Assembly (NCBI GenBank): GCA_021208265.1
Contig: JAJOJU010000004.1
Location: 34,688 to 98,687, forward strand
Direction of reading: 5' to 3'
Length of the DNA stretch: 64,000 bases
DNA from: Alphaproteobacteria bacterium
Lineage (GTDB): Bacteria > Pseudomonadota > Alphaproteobacteria > Micavibrionales > Micavibrionaceae
The notes under the pieces are model-generated. The model searched no databases. It worked only from the letters and a program-made list of their open reading frames with translations, and had not been told where the DNA came from. Both the position numbers and the translations under genes were made by a program. Positions 22,179 to 31,556 of this stretch are shown here, one piece after another (the stretch's first letter is position 1; every line of letters begins with the position of its first letter).

Positions 22179-22207
22179 TTGACATAATTATATACATATG
22201 TCATATT
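22179..22207 (+). promoter_or_regulatory. Sigma-70-like promoter (TTGACA, 17 nt, CATATT) overlapped by a 7-bp inverted repeat; it would give a leaderless mRNA for the ORF at 22214
   Basis: TTGACA at 22179-22184, a 17-nt spacer, CATATT at 22202-22207. The ATG at 22214 is 7 nt after the -10 element and there is no SD. Dyad TGACATA (22180-22186) / TATGTCA (22197-22203). Confidence 0.35.
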
Positions 22208-22213
22208 CCCGCG

Positions 22214-22867
22214 ATGCTGACTCATGAGTTTGACATCACCGAAGAAGCCCATTTTAAAAGCCTCGCCCGCAGCTTCGGTCTGGCCATGCGGTTTTTTGAA
22301 AAGGAAAGCCGCACCGGCATTTCCTATGCCGGAAAAACGCTTTACCACCCCTTCCTGATCGCCATCGAAGGCCCCCCGGCAGGTGGCAAAAGCACCTTCA
22401 TTGAGCTGGCGGCACTGACTTTTGCCGAATTGGTTAAAGATCAAGGCCTTACCCTGCAGCAAGAACCCCTTAAAAAATACTGGCCGGATGATACAGGCCA
22501 CCGCGATGTGAAAGTGTGGATGCGCTGGCTCTTTAAGGATGTCCAAGGCAACCCGTTTGAAATTCGCAGCGATGACAGGCTGGCCGTTGACTGCCTTTAT
22601 GACCAGCATCCTGATGTAGCCTTGCCCACCATCGAAATGCCGCATGTCCGTTTCCGCGAATGGCCTGATGAAGACTTTCTGGAAAACAGCCGGATCGTCA
22701 TCACGATATTCCGAGAAAACAACCACCGCTTGTTAAAAATATCTATCGACCCTGAACTGGAAGCTGATAAAATATTGGATGTTCTGACTACAAACACAGA
22801 AGCTATCAGCACACCATGTTTAACTTCATCGATATTTACTGTGAACGAACCGGACCCGGCTTTTTAG
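22214..22867 (+). CDS. P-loop NTPase-like hypothetical protein
   Basis: 217 aa with a Walker A-like GPPAGGKST. I recognise no other family signature. Its 3' end overlaps the next gene by 52 nt, so the C-terminus may be affected by an indel. Confidence 0.45.
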   Translation: MLTHEFDITEEAHFKSLARSFGLAMRFFEKESRTGISYAGKTLYHPFLIAIEGPPAGGKSTFIELAALTFAELVKDQGLTLQQEPLKKYWPDDTGHRDVKVWMRWLFKDVQGNPFEIRSDDRLAVDCLYDQHPDVALPTIEMPHVRFREWPDEDFLENSRIVITIFRENNHRLLKISIDPELEADKILDVLTTNTEAISTPCLTSSIFTVNEPDPAF

Positions 22868-23460
22868 CCGAGCCTATAAACGCTTTTACCAATCTGGCAT
22901 TTTTCATCGCAGCGTTCTTAGCACTGCTTCTGGCCCGTAAAGAAAAGGCCCTGGACTGGCGTTCCGGCATCCTGATCGGCCTTATTGTTGTGATCGGTAC
23001 GGGCAGCACATTTTTCCATACCTTCGCGACATTCTGGGCGATGCTGAGCGATTCTCTGCCGATTCTTATTTATCAGATCACCTTCATTATTTTCTACGCC
23101 TGGCGGGTTATGGGCTGGAACAAATGGCGCATTCTGGCGCTGCTGGGAGCTTTCTTTTTCGTGCAATATCTGGCTGCCCTGGCCCCGCGGGACTGGATCA
23201 ACGGATCGATGGAATACGCCCCGGCCTTTTTATTCCTTTTGGGGCTGGCCGTATGGCACGCCAAAAACGCGGCGCGGGAAAACTGGAACCTTCTGGCTGC
23301 TGCCGCCATTTTTTCAGTATCGCTTGTTTTCCGCTCCATCGATGACGCCCTCTGCCCGCAAATCCCGGTGGGTACGCATTTCCTGTGGCATGTATTAAAC
23401 GGAGCTCTTTTATATCTGACGGCGCGCGCTTACCTGCTGAGCGCCCGCAAGCCCAATTAA
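22816..23460 (+). CDS. Ceramidase-like (alkaline ceramidase/PAQR-like) multi-pass membrane protein
   Basis: The N-terminus IDIYCERTGPGFLAEPINAFTNLAFFIAA resembles, as I recall it, bacterial ceramidase-domain proteins. About 6-7 hydrophobic (TM) segments by eye. Conserved His residues (FFHTFAT, HFLWHVLN). Confidence 0.5.
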   Translation: MFNFIDIYCERTGPGFLAEPINAFTNLAFFIAAFLALLLARKEKALDWRSGILIGLIVVIGTGSTFFHTFATFWAMLSDSLPILIYQITFIIFYAWRVMGWNKWRILALLGAFFFVQYLAALAPRDWINGSMEYAPAFLFLLGLAVWHAKNAARENWNLLAAAAIFSVSLVFRSIDDALCPQIPVGTHFLWHVLNGALLYLTARAYLLSARKPN

Positions 23461-23464
23461 CCGC

Positions 23465-24359
23465 ATGACCCTTCCTGCTTTTTTCATCGCCGGCGCCAGT
23501 TTCAGCGGAGCGGAAATATTACAAACCCTGCTGAAAGAAAACCCGGCTCTTTTCTTTCCGCAAGGCAAGCCATCCGCCTTTTTTTACCGCAGCGATTTAT
23601 ATGCTGCCGGAACAGATAAATACCAAACACTGTTTCATGATTGCGACCCGCACCGTCTGCCGGGTGATACCGGCATACAATATTTCGAACGTGGTATTGT
23701 TCTGGGGCCTGATAAAAAATACCTTTGGCAACCACAGGAGGATTGCGCTTTTCGTATAAAAAAGCATTGTCCTGATGCTAAAATCATCATCTGCTTACGA
23801 AATCCCTTAGCGCGTGCGGCAACACATTTCGAACATGCCAAAGCAGCATCACTTGAAAAAACCGGTACTCTCGCTGATGCCCTGCAAGAGGAAAAAGATG
23901 GAAAACGAACGCCGGAAAATCATCCACTTTGCTATCTCTACCGCAATAAATATTCCGAACATGTTGCCCACTGGAAGCGGTTATTCGGAGCCGGCAATCT
24001 GTTGATTGTCCTCTACGAAAACCTAATCGCCGATACTGAAAATGAACTAACACGGATTGCCCATTTTCTAAGCATTCGTCCACATGCCCTCGATAAGCTC
24101 TCTATCCTGAAAGCAAAAAGCGATATAACGCCATTCCTTTCCAAAATCTTTGAATTCATGGATCGCTTTCCATCCCTTAAACCGGTCCAGTTGTTTTTTT
24201 TTATCGCGTTTGCAGAGCAAATCGTCTTATTCAGAAAACCCGGCTGACCTCCCCGAACCAATTACAAAAGCGTTTTTAGACGATATATCCCCGCTGGAAA
24301 CACTGACAGACATTAAAGATTTACCCTCAAAATGGATGGCTGATAAAATTAATAGTTAA
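23465..24359 (+). pseudogene. Sulfotransferase-family protein, one frame break in a T9 run
   Basis: ORF 23465-24247 has LRNPLARAATHF (the 3'-phosphate-binding RNPxxRxx[ST] motif). The 5'-PSB position reads IAGASFSGAEIL, which is degenerate. Reading the T9 run 24194-24202 as T8 joins it to ORF 24150-24359. That supplies the typical C-terminus PADLPEPITKAFLDDISPLETLTDIKDLPSKW. Confidence 0.6.
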
Positions 24360-24403
24360 AATACTATGTAATATTTACAGCTGTTTAAACATGCGCTGAT
24401 ACA

Positions 24404-24712
24404 GTGGGGGCATGTTCTGGTTTAACAAAAAAAAATTCGGACAAACAGAAAGCCCAAAAAACGGCTTCAGGGTGTGAAGGGGGTTCATCGAAAGATGAAC
24501 AATCAAGCAAAAGCCAGCGTATCCGGGAGGAGGCGCTGGCCAATGCGCGTGCCGCAAGAATAGCGATCGGGGAAGAAACCCTCGACAAAATCGCGGCCGC
24601 CATGACAAAAAAACAACAATCCGTTATGGAACAGGCTAAACGCCAGATTAATACCGCCGACCCGGACAAAGTTCTGGACGAGCTTCTTTATATGATGAAG
24701 AACCGCAGCTAA
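24404..24712 (+). CDS. Hypothetical small charged protein
   Basis: 102-aa ORF with a GTG start. An alternative start is ATG 24412 (MFWFNKK...), joined through the A9 run that begins at 24427. No recognisable motif. Confidence 0.3.
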   Translation: MGACSGLTKKNSDKQKAQKTASGCEGGSSKDEQSSKSQRIREEALANARAARIAIGEETLDKIAAAMTKKQQSVMEQAKRQINTADPDKVLDELLYMMKNRS

Positions 24713-24733
24713 ACCACGGCTCTTCATTTCTCT

Positions 24734-25376
24734 CTAAAATCTGTAGGAAACACCGGCCCCGATAATGACAGGATCCAGATCCACGTTATCGGCTCTTAAG
24801 GCTGTGCCGTTCAGGCTGCTGTCAACGTCCACTTCCAGATTAATGTACTTAATATCAAGGTTTATACCCCAGCGGTCGTTAATCCAGTAATCAGCCCCGG
24901 CTTGCAGCGCATAACCGAACCCGCCATGAACATCCAGCCCCTGAAAGCCGGAATCATCATCTTCGCCATAAAACATGGAATAGTTAATACCAGCCCCCAC
25001 ATATGGACTGAACTTGTTATCCGGCGCGAAGTGATATTGCAGGGTCAGGGTGGGGGGTAAAATCCAAGGCACTGCCGATCTCATTAGCGCCCGCATTAAT
25101 GTCATGCTTTGATGTTGCGGCAATTAACTCAGCCGCAATGTTTTGAGTAAAGAAATATGTCAGGTCGATTTCAGGCGTAACCGCGTGATCAACATCCGTC
25201 TTAAGTCCTGTGACATTTTCATGGCCATCACCATCGGCAACCACATCAAGAACACGGCCCCGTATCTGGAAACGCTCCTTCGCCCAAACAGAGCTACCCA
25301 AATCCTTCGCCAGCACCGGAGATGCCGCCACCACCAAAACCGCTGCCAGCATGCTGCCATTCAAAATATTTTTCAT
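24734..25376 (-). pseudogene. ompW: OmpW-family outer-membrane protein, one frame break
   Basis: ORFs 25017-25376 (signal peptide, ...TPEIDLTYFF...ELIAATSKHDI) and 24734-25123 (LPPTLTLQYHF...PYVGAGINY...GAGVSYRF) join near 25060-25075. Confidence 0.8.
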
Positions 25377-25460
25377 GATCTAGATCCTTTTCGCACTGAA
25401 ATATTATGATTCACTTGCCATCATAATAAGGAACCAGATTGCGAAACGACTTGATAAGGG

Positions 25461-25616
25461 TCAATTCTTATTATCGTCATCATCATCCAGCAAGATACGG
25501 CGCGCCGCACCTTCCAGATCGTCATACTGCCCGGATTTTATGCTCCACACAAAAGCACCAAGCCCCAACAAACCCAGAAAAAGCGCAATGGGGATAAGAT
25601 AGATAAGCACACTCAT
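25461..25616 (-). CDS. ccoS: cbb3 oxidase maturation protein CcoS/FixS (51 aa); absent from the ORF track
   Basis: My translation: MSVLIYLIPIALFLGLLGLGAFVWSIKSGQYDDLEGAARRILLDDDDDNKN. Its start overlaps the ccoI stop as ATGA. Confidence 0.8.
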   Translation of the reverse strand: MSVLIYLIPIALFLGLLGLGAFVWSIKSGQYDDLEGAARRILLDDDDDNKN

Positions 25617-27817
25617 GTCTTCAGCCTTAGCCGGAAAGAATTGGCAATCACGAGCAGGGATGACCCCGACATCGCCAGCGCCGCAATCATGGGCGTTACC
25701 AACCCCGCCAGCGCAATGGGAATGGCGATGATATTATAAACAACAGCCAGCGCAAAATTTTGCTTTACCAGTTTCTGCGTAAAACAGGCTGTTTTATAGG
25801 TAAGCGCCACAGGGCTCAGTTGATCGCCCATAAAAATAATATCCGCCGCATTTTGTGCCATATCGATGGCGCTGCCGGGCGCCATGGAAACATCCGCCCC
25901 GGCAAGCACAGGCGCATCGTTTAGCCCGTCCCCTACCATCAGCACCTTATGACCCGCAGTTTTAAGGCCTTCCAGAATTTTGTATTTATCCGGCGGGGTC
26001 TGCTGCGCGTGGTATTGTTTGATGCCGCAGGCTTGCGCGACAGATGAAGCTGCCGACTGACGGTCGCCCGTCACCATGACGGGAGTAAGCCCACCGTTTT
26101 TCAGCTCGTCAACAACCGCCGCCGTGTCGGCACGCAAAGTATCGCTGAAGGTAAAACGCACGGGTTTGTCATCGGCAACGCTCAGCCATAGCTCCATCCA
26201 TTCATCCTGCGGGGCTGTTTCATCGCCGCACCATGTGCGGCTGCCGAGCCTGACCGCCTTGCCTTTATAAACGGCTTCCATCCCCCGGCCCGGATGATCC
26301 CGCACATCTGATAATTCATAGAGCGCTCCGTCATAAGAGCCTGCCAGCGCCTTGGATAACGGATGCGTGCTATGCGCCGCCAGTGATGCCGCCAGCCTCA
26401 GAGAATTCCCATCATAATCGCCTTGAAGCGCGGGATGCCCAGCTGTCAACGTGCCGGTCTTATCCAGCAGGACCGTATCAATCCCGGCCAGCCGCTCCAA
26501 CGCATCGCCTGATTTCACCAGCACGTTATTCTTCATCAGCTTGCCCGTGGCCAGAACCTGCACCACCGGCACCGCCAGCCCCAACGCGCACGGGCAGGTA
26601 ATAATCAATACCGTAATCGCGATCATCAAAGCTTCCTGCCAGACGATGCCGCCAAACACCAGCCAACCGATAAAGGCCAGCGCCGCCAGACTGTGTACCA
26701 CGGGGGTATAAAGCCGCGCCGCCCGGTCGGCAATACGCACATATTGCGCCTGCCCTTGCCCGGCTTGTTCCATCAGGCGGATGATATCAGCCAGCAGTGT
26801 ATCTTCGGCACGCTTCATAACCTTGATCTGAATGGGGGCGGCGATATTCATCGTGCCGGCATAGACATGGCTGCCGTTTTCAATCACTTGCGGTAAGGTC
26901 TCTCCCGTGATCAGGGATGTATCAATCTCACTGCGCCCTTCGGTTACAATTCCGTCAACCGGGCATTTTTCCCCCGCCATGACACGCACAGTCATATCCT
27001 CTTCCAGATCACGCACGGGCAAGCGCTGGATTTTGCTATCCTTTAGCACATGGGCAAAACCGCTCAGCGCGCTCAATAAACCCGTTGCCGTGGACCGGGC
27101 ATGCTTACGCGCCCGGAAATCAAAATACCGCCCGATAAGCAGGAAGAAAATCAGCATCACGGCGGAATCAAAATAAACGTATTCGCTGTGATTGATGGTG
27201 CCAAACAGGCTCATCGCCCCGGTTAATATGATGCCGATGGAAATCGGCACATCCATATTCGTCTGTCCCTTAGCCAGAACCTTGACGGCGGAACGGAAAA
27301 AAGGCCGCCCGGAAAACAGAATGGTCGGCAGGGCAATTATGGCGGACACCCAGTGGAATAATTCCCGCGTTGCCAGCCCCATGATCTCACTGCTCGCGCT
27401 CCACAACCCCACCGAGAGCAGCATGATATTACCCATGGCAAATCCGGCGACACCCAAGCATAGCAACAAAAATCGCTCTTCTTGCTGGGATGTGCTTTCC
27501 TCTTCCGCCGCATCATACGGCACAACACCAAAGCCCAGCGATTCAACCGTGCGGACGTAATCATTGGCTTCTTGCGCTTTGCCATCCCAATGCATCGACA
27601 AACGCCCGGTTGAATAATTTAAACGGGCGTCCCGGATATGATCTTCCCGGCGCAGCGCCCCTTCAATCTTCTGAATACAGGCCGCACAATGCACACCGCG
27701 CACCATGACAGAAAGGCTGTAACTGCCATCCTTTTCACGGCGGGCGAGATGGTCAAAGCCTTCCGTACTTAATGATTCACCAAGGTCAGGCTGGTCTGAT
27801 ACTGTTGCTGGTTCCAT
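25613..27817 (-). CDS. ccoI: Copper-translocating P1B-type ATPase CcoI/FixI
   Basis: HMA domain GVHCAACIQKIE. TM motif CPC. Motifs DKTGTLT and GDGLNDAP. Positioned within the ccoGHIS block. Confidence 0.9.
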   Translation of the reverse strand: MEPATVSDQPDLGESLSTEGFDHLARREKDGSYSLSVMVRGVHCAACIQKIEGALRREDHIRDARLNYSTGRLSMHWDGKAQEANDYVRTVESLGFGVVPYDAAEEESTSQQEERFLLLCLGVAGFAMGNIMLLSVGLWSASSEIMGLATRELFHWVSAIIALPTILFSGRPFFRSAVKVLAKGQTNMDVPISIGIILTGAMSLFGTINHSEYVYFDSAVMLIFFLLIGRYFDFRARKHARSTATGLLSALSGFAHVLKDSKIQRLPVRDLEEDMTVRVMAGEKCPVDGIVTEGRSEIDTSLITGETLPQVIENGSHVYAGTMNIAAPIQIKVMKRAEDTLLADIIRLMEQAGQGQAQYVRIADRAARLYTPVVHSLAALAFIGWLVFGGIVWQEALMIAITVLIITCPCALGLAVPVVQVLATGKLMKNNVLVKSGDALERLAGIDTVLLDKTGTLTAGHPALQGDYDGNSLRLAASLAAHSTHPLSKALAGSYDGALYELSDVRDHPGRGMEAVYKGKAVRLGSRTWCGDETAPQDEWMELWLSVADDKPVRFTFSDTLRADTAAVVDELKNGGLTPVMVTGDRQSAASSVAQACGIKQYHAQQTPPDKYKILEGLKTAGHKVLMVGDGLNDAPVLAGADVSMAPGSAIDMAQNAADIIFMGDQLSPVALTYKTACFTQKLVKQNFALAVVYNIIAIPIALAGLVTPMIAALAMSGSSLLVIANSFRLRLKT

Positions 27818-28278
27818 GTGCTTTTCAACTGTGCTTTCCAGAGACCTCGCATCGGCAGTGGCAGCGGGGCCTCATAAATACCGTCCCCTTTATGCATGAG
27901 TCGGGCCTCAAAATCGAGGCCATCCTGCACGGGCCGAATAATACGCGCGCTAACAAACGCATCCTTGATCGGCACGCCATTTTCATCAGCCAGTTGCCAA
28001 CGCAAAACACCGTCTTTAAATTCCGCCTTTTCTTGCAAGACCGGCTGGTTTTTGGCTGTCTCCAGAACCTGATTAAACTTAAGCCCCTTTTCATAGGCAT
28101 TGTCAGTCACAACACCCGTCTGGGTACTAACAGCCATATAGACGAAAATTCCATCCAGCAAAGCCACAACCGCAAAAAAGATCACAAAATAACGTGGGAT
28201 CCATTTATCCTTCGGGTTTTTGGGAACTTCCAGCGCTTCTTCCATGTCATTTCCGTTTCGTGATGAATTTGGCATCAT
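27769..28278 (-). CDS. ccoH: CcoH/FixH family protein
   Basis: An N-terminal TM segment (WIPRYFVIFFAVVALLDGIFVYMAV) followed by a periplasmic domain. Positioned between ccoG and ccoI. The exact start is uncertain (possibly the internal Met MEEALEV). Confidence 0.75.
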   Translation of the reverse strand: MMPNSSRNGNDMEEALEVPKNPKDKWIPRYFVIFFAVVALLDGIFVYMAVSTQTGVVTDNAYEKGLKFNQVLETAKNQPVLQEKAEFKDGVLRWQLADENGVPIKDAFVSARIIRPVQDGLDFEARLMHKGDGIYEAPLPLPMRGLWKAQLKSTWNQQQYQTSLTLVNH

Positions 28279-29692
28279 AGTCAGTGCGGATGGTTTTTTC
28301 CCGATCTTCCAGAATAAATTTTATATCACGCGGTTCATCCGGCGGCACATGGGCATGTAGATTGATATGATAAGACCCAACGCTATCAGCCGGGACAAAC
28401 AGATTATCGGCACCCACATCGCCTGCGGCGCTGACATCAATAACGGCGCCATCTAACCCCTCTACACTGATCATATATGTCTTGTGATCATGCGTTTTAT
28501 TTAAGATTTTAACCGTGTAACCATTACGAATTTCGCCGCTGGAAAGCTGAACATACAAGGGGTTGCGGTCATGCAGAATATGCAGCTCCGCCGGGGCGCG
28601 GGTGATCAGCGCATAAAGCATCACGCTTCCGACCAGCGCCAGAATGGCGGAATAATAAAACGTGCGGATGCGGAAAAATTTGAACTTCTCCGCCCCGCCT
28701 TTTACAGCTGCCGCCATGTGATTGGTGGTATCATAACGGATCAGCCCACGCGGGCGCTCTACCTGATCCATGATATTATTACAGGCATCCACACATAAAC
28801 CGCAGGCAATGCATTCCATCTGCAGGCCATTACGGATATCAATCCCCATCGGGCATACCTGCACGCAGGCCGTGCAGTCGATACAATCCCCGCGCCCATC
28901 CCAGCTTTCCCCTTTTTTATGTTTGCCGCGCGGCTCCCCGCGATCAAGATCATAACCAATGATCAGCGTATCCTTATCAAACATGGCAGATTGAAAGCGG
29001 GCGTAGGGGCACATATAGGTACAGACCTGTTCCCGTGCAAAGCCCGCCATCAGATAAGTGCTGAAGGTTAGCCCCGCAATAACCGTCAGTACGGTCGGCG
29101 ATACATCGAATTCAAAAAAGCTCCAGACCAATGTCGGCGCATCATTGAAATACAGCACGAAAGACCCCGCCGTACACCAGGCAATGATCAACCATATAAA
29201 ATGTGTCAGCCCAATTTTGCAGATTTTTTCAAACGTCCACGGCCCTTCATACAGTTTCTTCCGGGCATTGCGGTCCCCCTGCACAAAGCGTTCAACCCAG
29301 ACGAAAAGATCGGTCCAGACCGTCTGCGGACAGAAATATCCGCACCACACCCGCCCGAACATGCTGGTCACAAAAAAAAGAGCAATCGCCGCCAGAATAA
29401 GAATGCCGGTGAAGATATAAATTTCCTGCGGCCAGATCTCGATCCAGAACCAGTAAGCGCGCGGCCCGTTAAGATCGATCAACACTGCCTGATCCGGAGC
29501 ATTCGGCCCGCGGTCCCAGCGGATAAAGGGGACAAGATAATAAATCCCCAGCGTGACAATCATAGCCACCCATTTCAGCTTGCGGTATTTTCCCCAAACC
29601 CGTTTCGGAAAAATCTTTTCCTGCTTGGCGAAATACCCCAGCAGAGATTGATTACTCTGCTGGTTGCTGTTCTGGTTCTGCGTGCTGTCCAT
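28247..29692 (-). CDS. ccoG: CcoG/FixG 4Fe-4S ferredoxin-type membrane protein
   Basis: Two ferredoxin motifs, CIDCTACVQVCP and CIACGLCVDAC. An N-terminal TM region. A C-terminal Ig-like domain length. Confidence 0.9.
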   Translation of the reverse strand: MDSTQNQNSNQQSNQSLLGYFAKQEKIFPKRVWGKYRKLKWVAMIVTLGIYYLVPFIRWDRGPNAPDQAVLIDLNGPRAYWFWIEIWPQEIYIFTGILILAAIALFFVTSMFGRVWCGYFCPQTVWTDLFVWVERFVQGDRNARKKLYEGPWTFEKICKIGLTHFIWLIIAWCTAGSFVLYFNDAPTLVWSFFEFDVSPTVLTVIAGLTFSTYLMAGFAREQVCTYMCPYARFQSAMFDKDTLIIGYDLDRGEPRGKHKKGESWDGRGDCIDCTACVQVCPMGIDIRNGLQMECIACGLCVDACNNIMDQVERPRGLIRYDTTNHMAAAVKGGAEKFKFFRIRTFYYSAILALVGSVMLYALITRAPAELHILHDRNPLYVQLSSGEIRNGYTVKILNKTHDHKTYMISVEGLDGAVIDVSAAGDVGADNLFVPADSVGSYHINLHAHVPPDEPRDIKFILEDREKTIRTDYDAKFITKRK

Positions 29693-30671
29693 TATCTTCT
29701 ATCGCTTCCTCTGCCGTAGCCGGGATCAAAACAGGGGCATCATCCTTTTCTCCGCCGCCCAGTTGGTGCAGATAAACCGTCAGCTGCTTGATGGTGTTTT
29801 CATCCAGCCGCTCACCCCAGGCGGGCATCATGCCGCCCCGGGCATTATACACTGTTTTAAATATGGTTTCGCGATCGCCGCCATAAAGCCATATAGCATC
29901 GGTCAGGTTCGGCGCACCGAATTCATGCTTTCCCTTCGCATCAGGCCCGTGACAGGACGCACATTGCTGCTGGAAGATTTCAGCCCCCGCCGCCAGATAT
30001 TCTTGCGGTACATCGCCATGCGTTTCATCACCCTGATGGGGATGGGACAGACTGAGAACAAAATCGACAACATTATTCACTTCATCGCGCGTTAGCAAAC
30101 CTTCCTTACCGAAAGCCGGCATCTGCGAAACCCGTGTGTCTAAACCACCGGCACGAATACCATGGGTTAGCGTCTGGTGAATCTCATCCAGCTTGCCGCC
30201 CCACAGCCAATCATCATCGTTCAGGTTTGGATATCCTTTGCCGCCTTCAGCCCCCGTGCCGTGACAGGTAGCACAATTATCCTTAAACGCCGCCGCGCCG
30301 CCTGCTATCGCAAAGGCGTATAGTTCAGGGTCGTTCAGGATTTCATTCAAGGAAGCATTTTCAAAACGCTCCAGATACACGTCCTGACGCGCGCGAATTT
30401 CCGCCTGACTTTCTTCCAGTTCCTTATATTGAGTGTAACCGCCCATACCTTCCGTGGCACCGCCCGGAACAGGCCATGACGGGTAGACAACGAAATACCA
30501 GATGGACCAGATAATACATATGATGAACACCCATACCCACCAGCGCGGCAGGGGGTTGTTCAATTCCTTCAACCCGTCCCATGAATGACCTGTGGTTTCA
30601 ACACCGCTGACCTCATCAATATCCTTGTGCGCACCGGCAGAATTCTTATTAGATTTTTTATCACTCATCAT
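29652..30671 (-). CDS. ccoP: cbb3-type cytochrome c oxidase subunit III, diheme CcoP/FixP
   Basis: An N-terminal TM helix and two heme c sites, CATCHG and CASCHG. Confidence 0.9.
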   Translation of the reverse strand: MMSDKKSNKNSAGAHKDIDEVSGVETTGHSWDGLKELNNPLPRWWVWVFIICIIWSIWYFVVYPSWPVPGGATEGMGGYTQYKELEESQAEIRARQDVYLERFENASLNEILNDPELYAFAIAGGAAAFKDNCATCHGTGAEGGKGYPNLNDDDWLWGGKLDEIHQTLTHGIRAGGLDTRVSQMPAFGKEGLLTRDEVNNVVDFVLSLSHPHQGDETHGDVPQEYLAAGAEIFQQQCASCHGPDAKGKHEFGAPNLTDAIWLYGGDRETIFKTVYNARGGMMPAWGERLDENTIKQLTVYLHQLGGGEKDDAPVLIPATAEEAIEDNGQHAEPEQQPAE

Positions 30672-30819
30672 TTCTCTCCTTCAGGGGAATCTGCGCATCC
30701 TGTTCGTATTTTTTCTTTGATCCGGGGCGAAACACCCAAATCACAACCCCGATAAAAAAGATAAAAAAGAATATCAGGCCCGTAAGACCAAATACGGGGC
30801 TGGCAAATAGCTCCTTCAT
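30661..30819 (-). CDS. ccoQ: cbb3 oxidase subunit CcoQ/FixQ (52 aa); absent from the ORF track
   Basis: My translation: [56 protein letters not shown] overlap with the ccoO stop. Its 3' end overlaps the ccoP start. Confidence 0.7.
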   Translation of the reverse strand: MKELFASPVFGLTGLIFFFIFFIGVVIWVFRPGSKKKYEQDAQIPLKERNDE

Positions 30820-31556
30820 AACACCCCCTCATCAACATCTTTCGCGGCTTCAAAATCGACCATGGTCCCTAAAACCTGAAGATAGGCAATGAGCGCATCC
30901 ATCTCCGAGACGATACCGGGCTGACCGTCAAAATCACGAGCAATCACTTTATCGCCGTAACGTTCTATCAAACCGCCGGTATCAGTACGTGCCTCACCCG
31001 TGGCCTGCACAGCGGCATCCTTGGCAGCCATTTTGATCATGTCATCCGTATAAGGCACACCCACGGCGCGCAGCGCTTTCAGGTGTTCAGGAAGATCATG
31101 CAACTTCGCCCCCTTATGCATCAGAAAGGAATAGGAAGGCATGATAGATTCCGGCACCAGATCACGCGGCTCAATCATATGCGCCACATGCCATTCATCG
31201 GAATATTTACCACCCACGCGCGCCAGATCAGGTCCGGTTCGTTTTGATCCCCACTGGAAGGGGTGGTCGTACATGCTTTCGGCGGCAAGGCTGTAATGCC
31301 CGTAACGCACCACTTCATCACGCAGCGGACGGATTTGCTGGGAGTGACAGTTATAGCACCCTTCGCGGATATAGATGTTATAGCCCGCCAGTTCCAGCGG
31401 TGTATAAGGACGCACGCCTTGCACAGGCTCAATCACCGTTTCCTGCCGGAATAGGGGTATGATCTCAATAATTCCGCCGATCAACACAACAACAATAATG
31501 AACCCCAAAAGCAGAAGGGAATTCTTTTCCAGTTTATCGTGGTTCATCCAGCTCAT
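30816..31556 (-). CDS. ccoO: cbb3-type cytochrome c oxidase subunit II, monoheme CcoO/FixO
   Basis: A TM anchor and the heme site CYNCHSQ. 4-nt overlap with ccoN. Confidence 0.9.
   Translation of the reverse strand: MSWMNHDKLEKNSLLLLGFIIVVVLIGGIIEIIPLFRQETVIEPVQGVRPYTPLELAGYNIYIREGCYNCHSQQIRPLRDEVVRYGHYSLAAESMYDHPFQWGSKRTGPDLARVGGKYSDEWHVAHMIEPRDLVPESIMPSYSFLMHKGAKLHDLPEHLKALRAVGVPYTDDMIKMAAKDAAVQATGEARTDTGGLIERYGDKVIARDFDGQPGIVSEMDALIAYLQVLGTMVDFEAAKDVDEGVL

Noticed and set aside
21941-22726. 261-aa minus-strand ORF
   Set aside because: It overlaps the well-supported 3' end of the FadN-type gene and the P-loop gene on the plus strand, and has no motifs.
25403-25427. 8-bp hairpin ATTATGAT / ATCATAAT downstream of ccoS, and a similar weak hairpin at 5117-5138 after the thiolase gene
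   Set aside because: The stems are almost entirely A/T with weak or distant T-tracts. That is too weak to call intrinsic terminators with any confidence.
30668-30853. 61-aa minus-strand ORF between ccoO and ccoP
   Set aside because: Wrong frame. The adjacent frame gives a textbook CcoQ (30661-30819, hydrophobic helix plus charged tail) with ATGA coupling to ccoO.
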